Source of the DNA: Eledone cirrhosa | Lineage: Eukaryota | Assembly (NCBI GenBank): GCA_964016885.1 | Contig: OZ024746.1 | Location: 82,584,001 to 82,648,000, forward strand | Direction of reading: 5' to 3' | DNA length: 64,000 nt | Shown here: in pieces, positions 1-14,200 of the stretch | How positions within the stretch are numbered: the stretch's first letter is position 1 | Layout: each line of letters begins with the position of its first letter | Position numbers and translations under genes: made by a program | Notes under the pieces: model-generated | Seen by the model: the letters and a program-made list of their open reading frames with translations, nothing else | Databases searched by the model: none | What the model was told of the DNA's origin: nothing

Positions 1-84
1 TGAAAATCATAGGTAATGTTTATCATTAGAAATATGTTAACGAAAGGGTTAAAGCAGATGAAGACTTCTTTTACTTTACTTCAG

Positions 85-197
85 GATGGAAAATTGCTGA
101 TAAACTTGCCATTTTATGTTATTTATTCTGCCCAAGTTGTACAATTACCTCCATGTCAGTCATCAGTCTTGCCAGCAAAAATCTAGTGAATCAATAA
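85..197 (+). CDS. Possible terminal coding exon of an unidentified convergent gene
   Basis: Pyrimidine tract and acceptor (ttctttactttacttcag|G) at 84. Two frames are open: DGKLLINLPFYVIYSAQVVQLPP...AKI* (stop at 186) and WKIADKLAILCYLFCPSC...LVNQ* (stop at 197). AT-rich UTR-like DNA follows. No family recognised. Confidence 0.25.
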
Positions 198-2014
198 TTG
201 GTCCATTGGAAACATTAAAAGTCTCATTAATAAACACTTTGCCATAAAGTTTTTTAATCTTGAAGTTCTGGCAAGATTTGAACTTGTTTAGATAAAAACT
301 GAATAGTATTAAATATTTAATTCATATAGGTGTGATACTGAATGACTGAAAAAAAATCTGACATCAAGAAATGAAGATTTCTCATACTTGATGTTTGTTA
401 GTAGAATAGGCATGTAGTGGACTTTCTCAGTAATGAACAAAAATGTATCTGCTTTATGGATAGCTCTGTTATAATATAGAAAAAGTGGAGGTTTTTGGTC
501 AGTAATTTGCATAGTATTGAAACAATACCGTGAATGGCATAGATTAATATAATTTGCCTAGGGGTTGATCTCTAACATTTAAATTTGTCTCTTCTGAATG
601 TAGAAAACAAAACCCTAATTACAAGAAATTAAGAATTTAAAAAGATTTAATTTTCATTCTTACAGGCAAATGTGACTTGTTAGTGGGTATGGTGACAGTA
701 AGGGACATTTGTATTAGATCTTGTCATTGAAGCATAACATAGATCCATGTGGTCTATTATGTATTTAGTATGTTTCAGTAGTTTCCAAACATTTCCCCAT
801 ACTTGATTGTTTGTAGTTATTGCATGGAACAACTTGTAAACCAAGTGGCATTGTTTTCTTAAATTGATGACATCATTGAATAATTTATATCAATCTTCTT
901 AAATTTTCTGTGAAGTTGATATTTTATATTGTCCATTGCTATGTGCGAACGGTAGTGGATGATCCCATTAAGGAAGAGAAAATATAGAAATTATTGCAGA
1001 AAAGACAATTGTAAAAGAATGTAATTTCAACTGAATAGCAACACTTGCTATTGAAGATATAATGAACTAGTCCAGTTTTCAACCAAGCTCGGGAAATACT
1101 TATATCACTTAACTTGGGTCAGATTTTTTCCAATAAGATTGGGCAGTCTAAAAGATACTTGGCTTCTTATCTTTTATTTTAAAATACTTTCTTTATTTGA
1201 ACAGTTATTTCTTTCATCATGTGTGCTTGAATATATTTCAATTATTTAAGCAAACAACTGTACAAATTAGTATTGTGTTCACTCATAATCATTATTGTTT
1301 AATGTTTGTTTTCCCTGCTAGCAAGTGCTGGACACATTACAGACTAGTTAGTACTCAGGTGGACTCTCTGACTGACCTCCAGGTTGGCTGAAGGCCCCAA
1401 CACAGTATCCTACACTCTACAAAGTACATTTTGTTGTGCCAACATGAGGGAAGAACATTGCTGAAGAAACTATCAAACACTTTGCAGGTTTTTCTATGAT
1501 TAGATGCCCTTTTTACCACCAACCACTTTTTAGGAGTGTATTGGGTGATCATTTATCATGTTGATCACGAACACTAGGGAGGTTGTCATGTCTAAGGCAC
1601 AGCTAAAGAGTTCTCCCAACCCTTTGTTTGGCTGGATGTCCATATCACCAACCACTTTACTGAAAGTACTGGGTGCATTTATCATGTAAAAATGTTTGTA
1701 TTCATTTCAATAACTTTTAAAGTAATGACACTATGCAGGGAACATTAAAATTGTTTTGTTTTTTTAAATGATGTACCTGAAATAGATTCTTAAGATATGC
1801 TCATTTCACAATGTACAGTTGAATCAGAAGTTGTCTTAACTCTTAGCTTTTTATTTCATACTTTTGGTAAATTTTGTTTGCAATGTATGAAAATTAAAGT
1901 ATGGTTGTTTATGTAACATTCAAAGCTAGTCTTTCATATGATAATTGGGAAATTAGATAACTATAATAGAACAATATTGTTTAAAGAATCAAACATTTAT
2001 TGTTTAATGAATTT

Positions 2015-2217
2015 TTACAAATCTTGTGCTTCAGCTGCTGACATGTCATTCACTGTGATGTCATCTTCATCAGAGTCTTCCAGTTTCTGCCACCAAGGTG
2101 CCATTACTTTTTTCAGTGCCTTTTTATGGGCAATTTTAGCTTTTGTTGATATAGGCAGTGAAGGACTGGAGTAAATGTCGATATCTTTTTCTGTTACTGA
2201 TTCAAGTTTTGGTGCAT
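2015..2217 (-). CDS. IQCB1: IQCB1 terminal coding exon 14 ([11 protein letters not shown]...[28 protein letters not shown]...QDL*)
   Basis: gttacag| acceptor, conserved APWWxKL motif, TAA at 2017-2015. Confidence 0.95.
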
Positions 2218-5200
2218 CTGTAACATGAAAGATTTTAAAGCTTGAGGATAAAATAATTTACAGTTAAATATATGAGATGTAATAAAAATGAATATGAGTG
2301 TATACTGAAATGAATTATCTTTATATTCGGATAAATGACCCCATTTTGGTGGTTATCATGTTTCAGCCACTCTACCCTCTAGCATTCTTTAGTTACTTTC
2401 TATTCAGTGATGTTCTCTGAATTTCAAAGCAGGCGGAGAGATTGTTCTCATTCTGCTGTCCATCTTCAGATATAGTTATTAATTATTTGTGCTGCTGCTT
2501 GCTTGTTTTGCTGAAACTATAATATATACATATTGCAGGGATTTAACTTTCACCCACCAGGTAAACTGTCACAATACTTAACCAATTAGGCAGTAGCATA
2601 GTAATATAAGAATTGGTTAAACCTTTCCTTACGATTTCTAGTGAAGGACACTGTCTATGGTTATAAAATGATTTTAAAATAATGAAGAATTTGAAGGAGT
2701 TTAGTAGTATAACTAACTTTCTCATTATCAAACGGGTGTTCAGAGCAATAACTTAAAGGTTGTTACATAAAATTATGATGGGTCTTAGATAAATATATAC
2801 ATTAGAATTGAAAGGGTTAAGTGTATAAGTTTAGCTGGGTATGACACCACAACTAATAATAGGAAGATATCCTAGGCATGACAACAAAATGAAAACAATC
2901 GACCTACTTGGTTTGAATCAAAGATTCAGTTCAAAACACTATTACATGAAGCTGCACTTAATGATTGTGCAGAACATTTCAGTTGATGTTAATGCAGAAT
3001 ATATATATATATATCAGCAGCATTTAACATCCGTTTTCCCAGCTATTAGGGGTTGGAAGGGCTGTCATAGACCAAGTCAATGCTTAAACAAAACTATTGA
3101 CTTCTTGTTTACATATGTTCCCACACTACCAGGTGCTCTTTTACTGTGGCACCAACGCTTAGACTGATAGATTCTTTCCATCTTATGAAGTTTCTTATTT
3201 GATAGTCAAAGGGAGTTAATCCTAGCATTAAAAAGAAGAAAAAAAAAAAAAACCTTTTGTCAACATATTTAGAGTTAAAAACACTGTAAATATGTGTTTT
3301 GAATAATTTTGAAAATAATCAAGAATTTGGGATTTAGAACAATTTCATTAAGTTGATGTTCGGCACATAACTTAAAGGTTCTTAATAAAATTATGATGGA
3401 CGGTTTTTAGATAAAGATAAATACTAAAAAAAAAAAAAATTGTATTGTAGGAACTGGCAGTTTCAGGCTGTTTGGTATCAAAAAGGTTTAAACAAATTAA
3501 AATTGGTTTAAAGAAACAATTTTGTGTGTCCTAGCTTTTAGAATAGATACACCATATCTCTACGTGTTGTAAGGATATCTAGTTAGCCCATGTCAAAATG
3601 GAAAGGTGAACGTAAAAAATGATAAAACGCATGGCTTAGTGATTGGAGAGTTGGATTCGGAATCATGAGAGTTCAATTCTCGGACCAGGTGATGTTTTGT
3701 CATGTTCTTTCTGCCAGGAGTTGCAACTGGTTCATAGTATCAGCAATGGAAATATTTGTTTCCTTAGTCCGATTTGATGAGGTCTGGGATCTTGTCCATC
3801 AATCAGAGTGAAAGTGATGCCATGCAAGATATTAATAAAAGAAAATGACACTCACTGACTAAAGTGTTTGAATCTACATCTAATCTGGCAAGTAATGCTT
3901 TATTGTGAAGTAACTGTTTTTCAGATGCCGGTAGACCCCTATAAAACTGCTGCAGAAGGTCACTTGCTTTCTGATGAAGACGTTTCTGCTCTTCAAATGA
4001 CCCCAGCTTTTTCTAAGAAAGAAAGAAAAAAATGAAAAACTACATTAAAAACGTTTTCTTTTTTAGTCAGGGAGGGAAGGTCAATGTTCAAGACTGGGAG
4101 GGAGGAAGGTATCCTCAAACCAAAAGTCTAGCCCAAATGCTTATAACAGTGGTCTCTGAGTGATGGATTAGGCCAGAGTAGTATTTGAACTCAAAAAGCC
4201 ACAACATATACTGTAAGAATGTTCACCGACCTGGAATAGTACTTATTTTATCGACTCTGGAAAATATGAAAAGCAAAGTTCACTATTCCAGAACAAATAC
4301 TGCAAGACATTTTGATAGTGGACAGGTCATACTCTTTTACTGGTTTCAGTTATGCTTCAAGAAATTTCATTCATCATATCAATAAATAAAAGAAATTGAA
4401 ATACTAAGTTACAGGACACACACACACATATATATATAGGATGGGACTCTGCAGTTTCTGTCTATCAAATTCCACCCACAGCACTATTGGCTCGAGTTGC
4501 TCAATGCACTGTGTAGTAGGACTGAGCCTAGAACCATATGGTTGCAAACCAAACTTATTAACCACACATGCCTTATTAATATTTTAAATATATAAACATT
4601 TTGAACAGCCTGTACTACATATTTTTTGTTACTTTTAAAATGCCCTCAGGCATTTTGTAGATGCCCCCCCCCCCCCCCCCCCCCCGCTAGATTTCATTAA
4701 GACAAGGGTAAAAAAAATAAATTTAATGTATATAAAGTGTTCAATAACCGGATGAGTCTCTCTCCAGTCATTTATTTCCTGCTGTAACATATTTTTTCGG
4801 TTTTCTGTAAGGGTTTGTGGTTTCAATTCTGTTGGAATATGTGATGCTTTTGACTTGGTCCTTAGCCATCTTCTTACCTGTTAAAATAAAATAGCATTGA
4901 AAAAAAACGAACTAGGATCACAATGACTTAAGACAGACCAACAAAGAAAATGCAAACTTGCATATTTTTATTTGTGCTATGGTATATGACAATACCAGGT
5001 ATCAAAATATAACACAACCAGAGTAAGTAAAAGGAAAGGTTTGATATAACAGTGCTAAATGTAGCATTCACAGATAAGAGTATGTTGGAATTTTTAAGTG
5101 AATGTAGAAAAGTTGGTTGCAATAAGATAGTGCCATGATGAATGGTTGGCTGTGACTGCCACATCCAAAGTCTCATGTCCAGTGACTAAGAGAGAATAGA

Positions 5201-8200
5201 GTGTAAACAAACAGTGCAGAAAAGAAATCCAAGCAGTATTTTAGCTGGCCTTAAACATCCATGTTTTATTTTAGCCTGTTTCGTAGCTGTGATAATTTTG
5301 ATATAGTTACCATATTTCTAATGAAAATAAGAATTTGTAAGGATTTAGTAATATAACTAACTTTCTGATCCAACAACAAACTATATGCAATATCCCTCAA
5401 AAGCCATTGTTTTTAAAAAAAAAAAAAAAAAAAAAAGGAAATATTGGATAATTGGTAATAGATATGCTGTTTTTGAAATAAAAAGACAGGATGGTTATGA
5501 ATGGAATGGCTAAACCTCAACTTCTTACTATTTATCAGCAAATCATCAGGCATGCAAAATACACACTAAATCCTTGCTTGGCTTTTTATGTTTATTGAAA
5601 TTTAATGAAACCAGTGTCATTCAAAGTATATTAAGCTTCAAAATAAAAATAAGTGATCTAACTTTTGTTTATGAGAATAGTGATGCTGATGTCTTCTGCT
5701 ACAATGAGATAGGGATATGAATTTGGAGAAACAAGTAGAATGGAAATTGATGTGTATAAAGTTGATGCACAAGAAAGTGATGGCTGGGGTCAACTCCTTG
5801 ATGCCACTAAAACTCAAGTATAGGGGCCTAGTATGACAAAACAGATGAAATAAGCACTTCAAATTAAAACCAGTGCCATAAGTTTGTCCGAGCATAAGCA
5901 TTGAATTTCAAGTTACTAAATTTCTCAGTCTTTTGATCTGGGCAGAAAACTTGGCACAAATTTTGGATGGGTGCTTCAGAAATCTAAATAGGAGCTGCAC
6001 TCAGTAGCCATTTTGAATGGATTCCCCTCACCACATGCCTTGGTATGGTTGCACCCTATGCCTCCACACCACTCATATTGACTGAATGTAATGGAAATAG
6101 ATGTTACAAACAAAAGTCAATTTAACTGTTAATTAGATCAGGTGTAAGTTAAAGAAGTGCAAAGTGTGCTACAAAGTCTAACCCTTATAGAAGAGCCAAA
6201 TACAGCAATAACTTTCCAGTCAATGTCAATATTATAACCTGTTTAGCTTTTGGTCAACATAATTGAGATGACCTATGTTTAAAGGTATCCCAGTCATGGC
6301 CATCCCAACTTTTTCCCAAACAATGTATCTCAGAATACATTAAGCAATGCATCCCTTTTAAAAATGGTGTAATTTGAGGGAAATTTGACTAATATCTTTA
6401 GCAGCTTCAGCTAAAACATAAAGACTCTCTTGTTTGATATGACTGATGTTTAGGAAAGTCTAAATTCATTTATGGTCAATTAATAAATACAATAGATTCA
6501 CTTTGATAAAAACTATTAATAAATTTGCTTCGATAAAACCAATAAAATTTCCAGTGTCTTTCAGAACAAAATTTCAATTTTTTTTCATATTTTACAATCA
6601 AAAGAAAGCAAATAATTTTTGACTTACAGCTCTCTGGATTTTAACAGTAGCTTTATGCTGAATAAAGTCCATACGGAATTTATTTTGCTGACATCTAATT
6701 CGATATCCTCTCCAATTCTTTTGAATACAAATAGCTGCATTCTCCATTTCTATAGCCTGATATTTAAGAATTTGAGCTATATCAAAATAAAATCATATAT
6801 TAAACACAATTACTTTACTATTTAACTTCTATTCGTTTATACTACAGATGGGTTTTGTCTACTGGGCTAAGTCCCAGCTGGTCCCATGTCTCACATTCTC
6901 TGAACACAGAGGGTTCCATTATGTTTTGGAGAACCCTGCTGATGAATGTTGCTTTTAGGGTCTCAATCATGGGCAGAGCATCATTCAGCCAGAAAGAGTG
7001 AGAGTTGTTATGGGCATAACTCAGTAGATATCTATCTATCCCTATAACTTCAGTAAGGATTAAAATTTCGACAATTTAAATCATCATCATCATCGTTTAA
7101 TGTCCATCTTCCACGCTAGCATGGGTTAGACTAAATGACTTTAATAAATGAAAAAAAAAAGGAAAATGTATTTGAAGATACATGCAACCCATATTAGAAT
7201 TGTAATAGTATTGTGTAACAGTTTGGTACTTATTTTCTGTTTATGAAAATACCAATGAGTAGAAGTAAACTCCATGTGAGTTAAGTCTGCAACCTTGTTT
7301 TGATTCTCATTTGAAACCCTTTTCACTTAGTATATCTTTTGAAAAAGTTTCAGTGTTAAAAAAATCCTATTTCCCCTATCTCTAAAAATATTAGTTTTTG
7401 TCTACTTTGAGTTGGCAATAAAAACCACTCCACTGTACAGACATGGCCAAGAAATTAAAAAAAGGTTGCATTGCAACCACATGGTTTGGGGTTTGATCCC
7501 ACTGCATAGCACCTTACGGTGGTTTTTGCTATAATCTTGGACTGACCAATAACTTGTGTGTGAAGTTGATAGACAGAAACTGTATGAAAGCCTGTTGTGT
7601 GTATGTGTATGCATGTGTTTGTCTCTGTGTCCAAACTTCACATTCGACAGTGCTTGTAGAGGGGTGGTGATGATTATGCAGCACATAATGTCATGTGGTT
7701 CAGCAGTTCGATGTTAAAAAATTACTTAGAAGTAAAGGTTGGTATTAGAAAGGGTATCTGAGCATAGAATGTTGCCTAATAAAAGTCTTTTTCAACTTAT
7801 GCCATCATGAAAAAGAGGTAAGGATGATAAAAAATGTTTAACTCTTTAGCATACTCACTTTTTCTCATAACAACAACCAATTGTTTTATGAGAGGTTAAA
7901 ATACCCACAGTAGATTATGCTATTAACTCAGAAACGATGAAAATGTATTGTCTGAAGAGGAGTTTGAACTTAAGTATGAGGAGCATATAATTAAGTACTG
8001 AAATATTATTAGTCTGTTTCTCTGTCACCTATATTTTACTCACATCAAATTACTCTACTTGTATCAGTGAAAAACTTTCTTTTTCCAATTCACACTTTAC
8101 AGTGGTAGTGCTGGTGATGAAAACAAACTAATACCACCATGTGTCTTAAGAGTTAGCAAATCATTAAGACAATTCACTCTTGTTTAAGGGAGATTACTCT

Positions 8201-11200
8201 TTCATGTATAATATTTAAGAAGATAGACATATGTACTGTCCCTTAGTCTTTGTTGCAGCTGAACTGATTTATAATTATTTCTACTTTTTGGCACAAGGCC
8301 AGCAATTACCCAGTGCCTTACTGGTACTTTATTTTATTGACTCCGTAAGGATGAAAGGCAAAGTTAACCTCGGCGGTTTATAATACCAGCCAAATACTGG
8401 TCGATATTATGCCCCCACACACCTAAACATAAGAAGGAATACTAAGTCACAGCTTTATTTGTTAATCCACCTGCAGTTAGATACTCAGGTCAATTATTAC
8501 ATCACTGATTAGTTATGTTTATTATATATATTTTGACCGGATTAGTGTCATCACCACCACCACCTTGACTAACATTTAATGTCTGTCTTCTTTCCTAGTG
8601 AGGGTTGGACAGGTCTTCAAAGACTAACTCTGTACTTGAGCAGAGCTATTAATCCCAGGTAAACTCATCACTGCAAGTTAATATTAACTTTTATTGAAGC
8701 TCTATGACTTAGTATTCTTTCATATTAAATTTAACAGTAATCACGGTATCAATAGCTTAAAGGTCAAATTTACAGTAAGAACTACTGATTACAATTGTTA
8801 GTTCTTAACTTGTGGAATTTAAGTGTCTTGGCTATTGCTGAAAGCTGTTGTCAAGCTGCACTCTACAACGTTCTGGCAATAAGGGAACCTCTGCTAGATT
8901 GCTTTACATGCTAGAAATATCAATCAAATTTTCCTCAGACACTCCCAACTGTCTTCGAAAACAGGAATGATACATTCGATAAGGTCATCCCAAAGATACT
9001 GTCTGTGTAAAAGAGACAAGATCAGCTGGTCTGCTTAGTCAATATATGTATCATCATCGTTTTTACATTTACTTTTCTATGATGGGATGGTTTGAGATAA
9101 TCTTTTTCAGCGAGATGCCCTTCCAAACACCAACCCTTTTAGTTGCCTCTTACAACATGTAAGGATATGGTTTACCTATTCTAAGAACTGTGATATACAC
9201 GGCAATGTATCTTGATTATAAACACATTGCAGAGCTAGTGATAGGATACAAACCATTGACTTCATTATCTTCTACTACATAATACTATATTATTGGAGTT
9301 TACACTATAATTACAATAAAAAGCTACAATATAACCACCAATAAACTAACAGGCTGGAGTTATTTCCATCTTTTGCAATTGTTTTTCTCGAAATGAACGC
9401 ATTTTGAGCAGTTGGTAAGACTGCATTTGTTCATTTTTCTCAGATGCTTCTCGTAAATCTTCCTGTTCTTTTTCTCGGGTTTCTTTGCGAGATCTGAAAT
9501 AAACAATAACACAGAGGTGAAATAAATAAATCTAAAGTAGCAAACTATTTTACAAAATTCTTATATCATAAACCTGTAACATAAATCAAACTGTAATTTA
9601 AATAGAACTATTATCATTTGCTTATTTTTCACAATATTTTGTTTACTTTTAAGATAGTACACACTATTTACACAAGACAGTTTTTATGTTTTTCTAGTAC
9701 AATTTCCAAGTGTCTAGAGCAGTATTTTTCAAGGTTTTTACCCTTATGGAACTCTTGAAATAGTTTTCATGATTCAAGGAACCTCTGCATAAAATTATTA
9801 TATACCATCGATGGGTACGACCTAGTTTTAAATAATATAAGTAGTTGAAGCCTTTATTATAGTAACCAAGGATTTTCCAACAATATACCATACATCTATA
9901 GTAAAATTACGAATATAAAATTTAACAAAAATGAATTAGCATATTTATCACTGTTTCTCACGGAACCCCTAATGACCTCTCACAGAGACTTAGGGTTCCG
10001 GGGAACATCAGTTGAGAAACGCTGGTCTAGAGCTTCATATTAGATGATGATGAAGATGACAACAATGGCACTGATTAATACTTACAAAAAGCATTTTTGA
10101 AGTCTACTTATTGCTACATTTGCTTTCTTCAGTTTTTTCCGAGTTATGTAACCTCTCCACACACTCTGGATCTTTTCAGCTATTTGGTGATATCTCTAAT
10201 ATATGAATCAAGAAAGAATGTCATAAGATGGAAAAAAAATCTGTTGTAAATATTTTAACAAAACAGAAGACTATATTTATTGCCAGTGTACTCTCAAATA
10301 TACTTTGTGATGAGTGCAGTGGATTAGCAGAATCGGTGGAGCATCAGACACCAAGCTTCACGGCATAGAGTTACGGCTCTTTACGTTCTGAGTTCAAATC
10401 CCGCCGAGGTTAACTTTGCCTTTCATCCTTACGGGGGGGGGGGGGGGGGGGTCAATAAAATAAAGCACCAGTAATGTACCGGGGTTGATTTAATCGACCC
10501 CCCCCCTCCCCGCCAATTTGCTGGCCTTGTGCCTATAGTAGAAATCATTACGTCCCTTTACGATCTGAGTTCAAATCCCGCCGAGGTTGACTTTGCCTTT
10601 CATCCTTACGGGGTCGATAAAATAAAGTACCAGTAATGAACTGGGTTATTGCTGGCCTTGTGCTTAAAGTAGAAACAATTATTTATTTATGAGTGTATAC
10701 TCAATATTATTTAGTGATGAGTGTACACTCAATATTATTTAGTGATGAGGCTACACTCAATATTATTTAATGATGAGGCTACACTCAATTATATTTTGAG
10801 GCTGTTTGATCTCACCTGTTTTTGGGCACGTTCTGACGAACCTGCATTTAGTAATTCAAGAAGAGACTTCAGTTCTCTGCAGTGGATTTTTTCAGCTTGC
10901 TTCATGAGAATTATGCGCAGACCTCTATCAGGAAATAAAGAAACTGTGTGATATATACCTCTTCATAGTTATCCATGAAGCAGTGAAATAATTAGTAAGA
11001 TATAAAGAAGTATTTTCAGAGAAATATAATTTCTTACCTCATAGAATTTTATTTTCTAATTGGAGCTATTTCAGTTCCGTAATATTATCAATGTTCTTGA
11101 GCAAAATAAAAAAATATAACCCACAACCCTTGATGATTCAGTTTTCATTCAGGGTTCCCCCCTCAAATTTGTCATTGTTAATTGCAACTTCATGAACGTC

Positions 11201-14200
11201 AATCCCAAATTAGCCATCGTCATCCCCAATCTCAATCTTGTCATTTCTCCATCTTCAACTTTAATTTTGTCATCGTCAACTTGAATATAATTGTTAGTGT
11301 ACGATGGAGTGAATTTTGTTTATTATATAGAGTGAGTTCAAATCTCGCTGAGGTTAACTTTGCCTTTCATCCTTACGGGGTCGGTAAAATAAAGTACCAG
11401 TAATGCACTGGGTAATTTCTGGCCTTGTGCCAAAAGTAGAAACAATTATATAGAGTGAGTTATTGACAACAGTGATTACTTGTTGCAGAATTGTAAAAGA
11501 ATGAAAATATTTTAAAGTTTTGCAAAGGACTACAAGTTTTGTATAAAGAAATTGTCACATCCTAGATTACAGTAAATCTCCATACATTTATCTAAAACTA
11601 CATACTATACTATATACAATATGTCAAAGACAAAAATAAAAATAAACATCAGTTGAACTTTTTATTCATTATTCTCATTTCTTAACACTCTTAACATATT
11701 CTTTAAAAATTAGGTATAATTCCTCATTATCATTTCACAGTATATGTAAATACAGATTGACATTGATATAGTTGAGATTGATAATGACAAATTTGAGGAG
11801 AAAACGCTGTAAATACCTTTGAGAGTGATAGGCTTTGCTAGACTGATTATTATTGCTATATTGAGTAGAGATACCTAGCCCCAAGTCAGTTCTAATTGAG
11901 TAGGCCTCTGATTAAATGCAACCCAGCTGTGATCATCCCATCTTTTTGTTAGGCACAGTGCACCTAGAACCACAGTACCCAATGTTACAGCAACATCACC
12001 ACAACCTTCACTATTAACTACCATGTCACATTACCACAACCTTTACTATTAACTAACATGTCACTAACATCACCACAACCTTCACTATTAACTAATGCAC
12101 CCATTTCAGCATGTAAAGTGTTTGTGCTGCTGGCATGATAACCTTCACTATTAGCTAATGTTGGAGCTACTAAAGCTACTTACTTGTATTTTGTGCTCAA
12201 CAAATATATGAGAGCAGGATAGTGTTCACAGAACTCTAAAATACAGTTGCAGGAAGCTCTGTAAAGAAGAAGAAAATATACAAATATAATTACAAATTCT
12301 CTATATATTTCTTTTTTTTTTAGCATTGGCACAAAGTCCATTATATCAACCTCGATACTTAACTCGTTCTTTATTTTATCAACCCCTGAAGAATGAAAGG
12401 CAAAGTTGACCTCAGCATGATTTGAACTCTGAACATAGAAAGTCATAACTACATACCACAATACATTTTGTTCGATGCTCTACTGATACTGCTAATCCAT
12501 CACTCTAAATTCTCTCAATGCTTAATGAGTATTAAGTAGTTATATGTCTTAGCATTATGTTGCAATAGCTTGGCTGTAATATTTATTCTGTTTCTTTACA
12601 TTCTGATTTCAAGTCCAGCTAAGTTCAACTTTTCATTCTTCTGGGGTGTATAAAATAAGTACTAGCCATGTACTGGGGTAAACTTTCCCCGCCTCCCAAA
12701 TTGCTGGCTTTGAACTTAAATTAGCAACCATAAGAGGAATGAATTTGCAGAATCATTAGGGCATTGGACAAAATGCTTAGAGGCATTTGTTCTAAGTATT
12801 TACGTTCTGAGTTCAAATCCCGCTGAGGTTAGCTTTGCCTTTCATGCCTATGGGGTTGATAAATTAAAGCAACAGTAATGCATTGGGGTCTATTTAATCG
12901 ACTTTCTCCTCTCCCAAAATGGTTGGCCTTGTGCCTAAATCAGAAACCATTATTATGACAAAAGCTCAAGCTGACAGGGAATATGCTATAATACGAAAGA
13001 CCTGTTCACCAATACTAGCACAATTTGTGGGGAATGTTTTCAGGGTAATGCATAAATAAAATTCTTGATGATATAGCAAATATAGAAAAACAGTGCTTCA
13101 TTGTGAAATAATCACTCCAGCTATTTTAGCACCTTATTCATGTAGAATTTGAAGTTGGTGAAAATTGTCAAAATATTGACCTGGAATATAAGTTGACATC
13201 CAACCACCACATTTTACCATCAATTTTTTGGTCACATATTCCTCAGCTTATATTCAAGTTTATACGGTAAATGGAATGTTACATTTTATTATGGCATTTT
13301 TTCCTATAAAAAATTATGACAATTTTTTCTCTTGAGCCTATTTTTCAATTTATCCCCTTATATCTGAACTGATTTGGTATTTTCATCCATTTATTTAGCC
13401 CAGGGATCTTCAAACTATTTTTATCCTTGACCCCTTCTTTAAATCTTTGATGACTCAGCAACCCCAGGTATGTACAAAAATAAATATGTACGAGTAAATA
13501 AATCAGTAAACAAAATATAAAATAAATAGACAATAAAGACCTAATTATACAGAGTGTCCCCAAAAATGTATACATACTTCAACAGCATTCTAATAAGTAT
13601 GTATACATTTTTTGGAACACCCTGTATATAAGTCAGAATCCTGTATAAGCAAGTTGTATTTTATTGTATTATTTCATGTATTTTCATTTCTTATAAAAAA
13701 ATGTCAGGTTTTGGTCCAATAATTTATACCCATAATGTAGTTCATTCTATTCACACTAAAAGTAGCATAAAAAAATAGGACAACTTGACTTACATTTGAA
13801 TCTTAGGTTCGGTGTACACAGACAGTTTGTATATAATTTCATCAAGAAATGTATGAATAATTTTGTCATCTAATTGCTGGAGTATGTCCCTGGAAAGTAA
13901 AACAAAAAAAAGAACACACAAGATATAAATTCAGTAGCATCTCGTTGGCTGTTCTCACCACCACTACTTCTATGTTTTATGCTGTGTTGGAAAATTAACA
14001 TTGAATGTAGATTCAGGAAATTATGTTGTGATGCCCATACCATTTCACACACAGGATTTTTAGAAGGGAATGTGTGTATGTCTGTAATATAATTGAAAAA
14101 ATATTTTTGTTTCAACTAAGTATTTTCTACCAGAAACTAAACATGGCAAAATAAGTTAGCCATACTAGAAGGTCAAGAAGTATCATGTAAATTTGAAACA

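Noticed and set aside
10316-10410. tRNA-like A/B boxes (GAGTTCAAATCC)
   Set aside because: These are SINE heads followed by the SINE body; no complete cloverleaf, so not called as tRNA genes.
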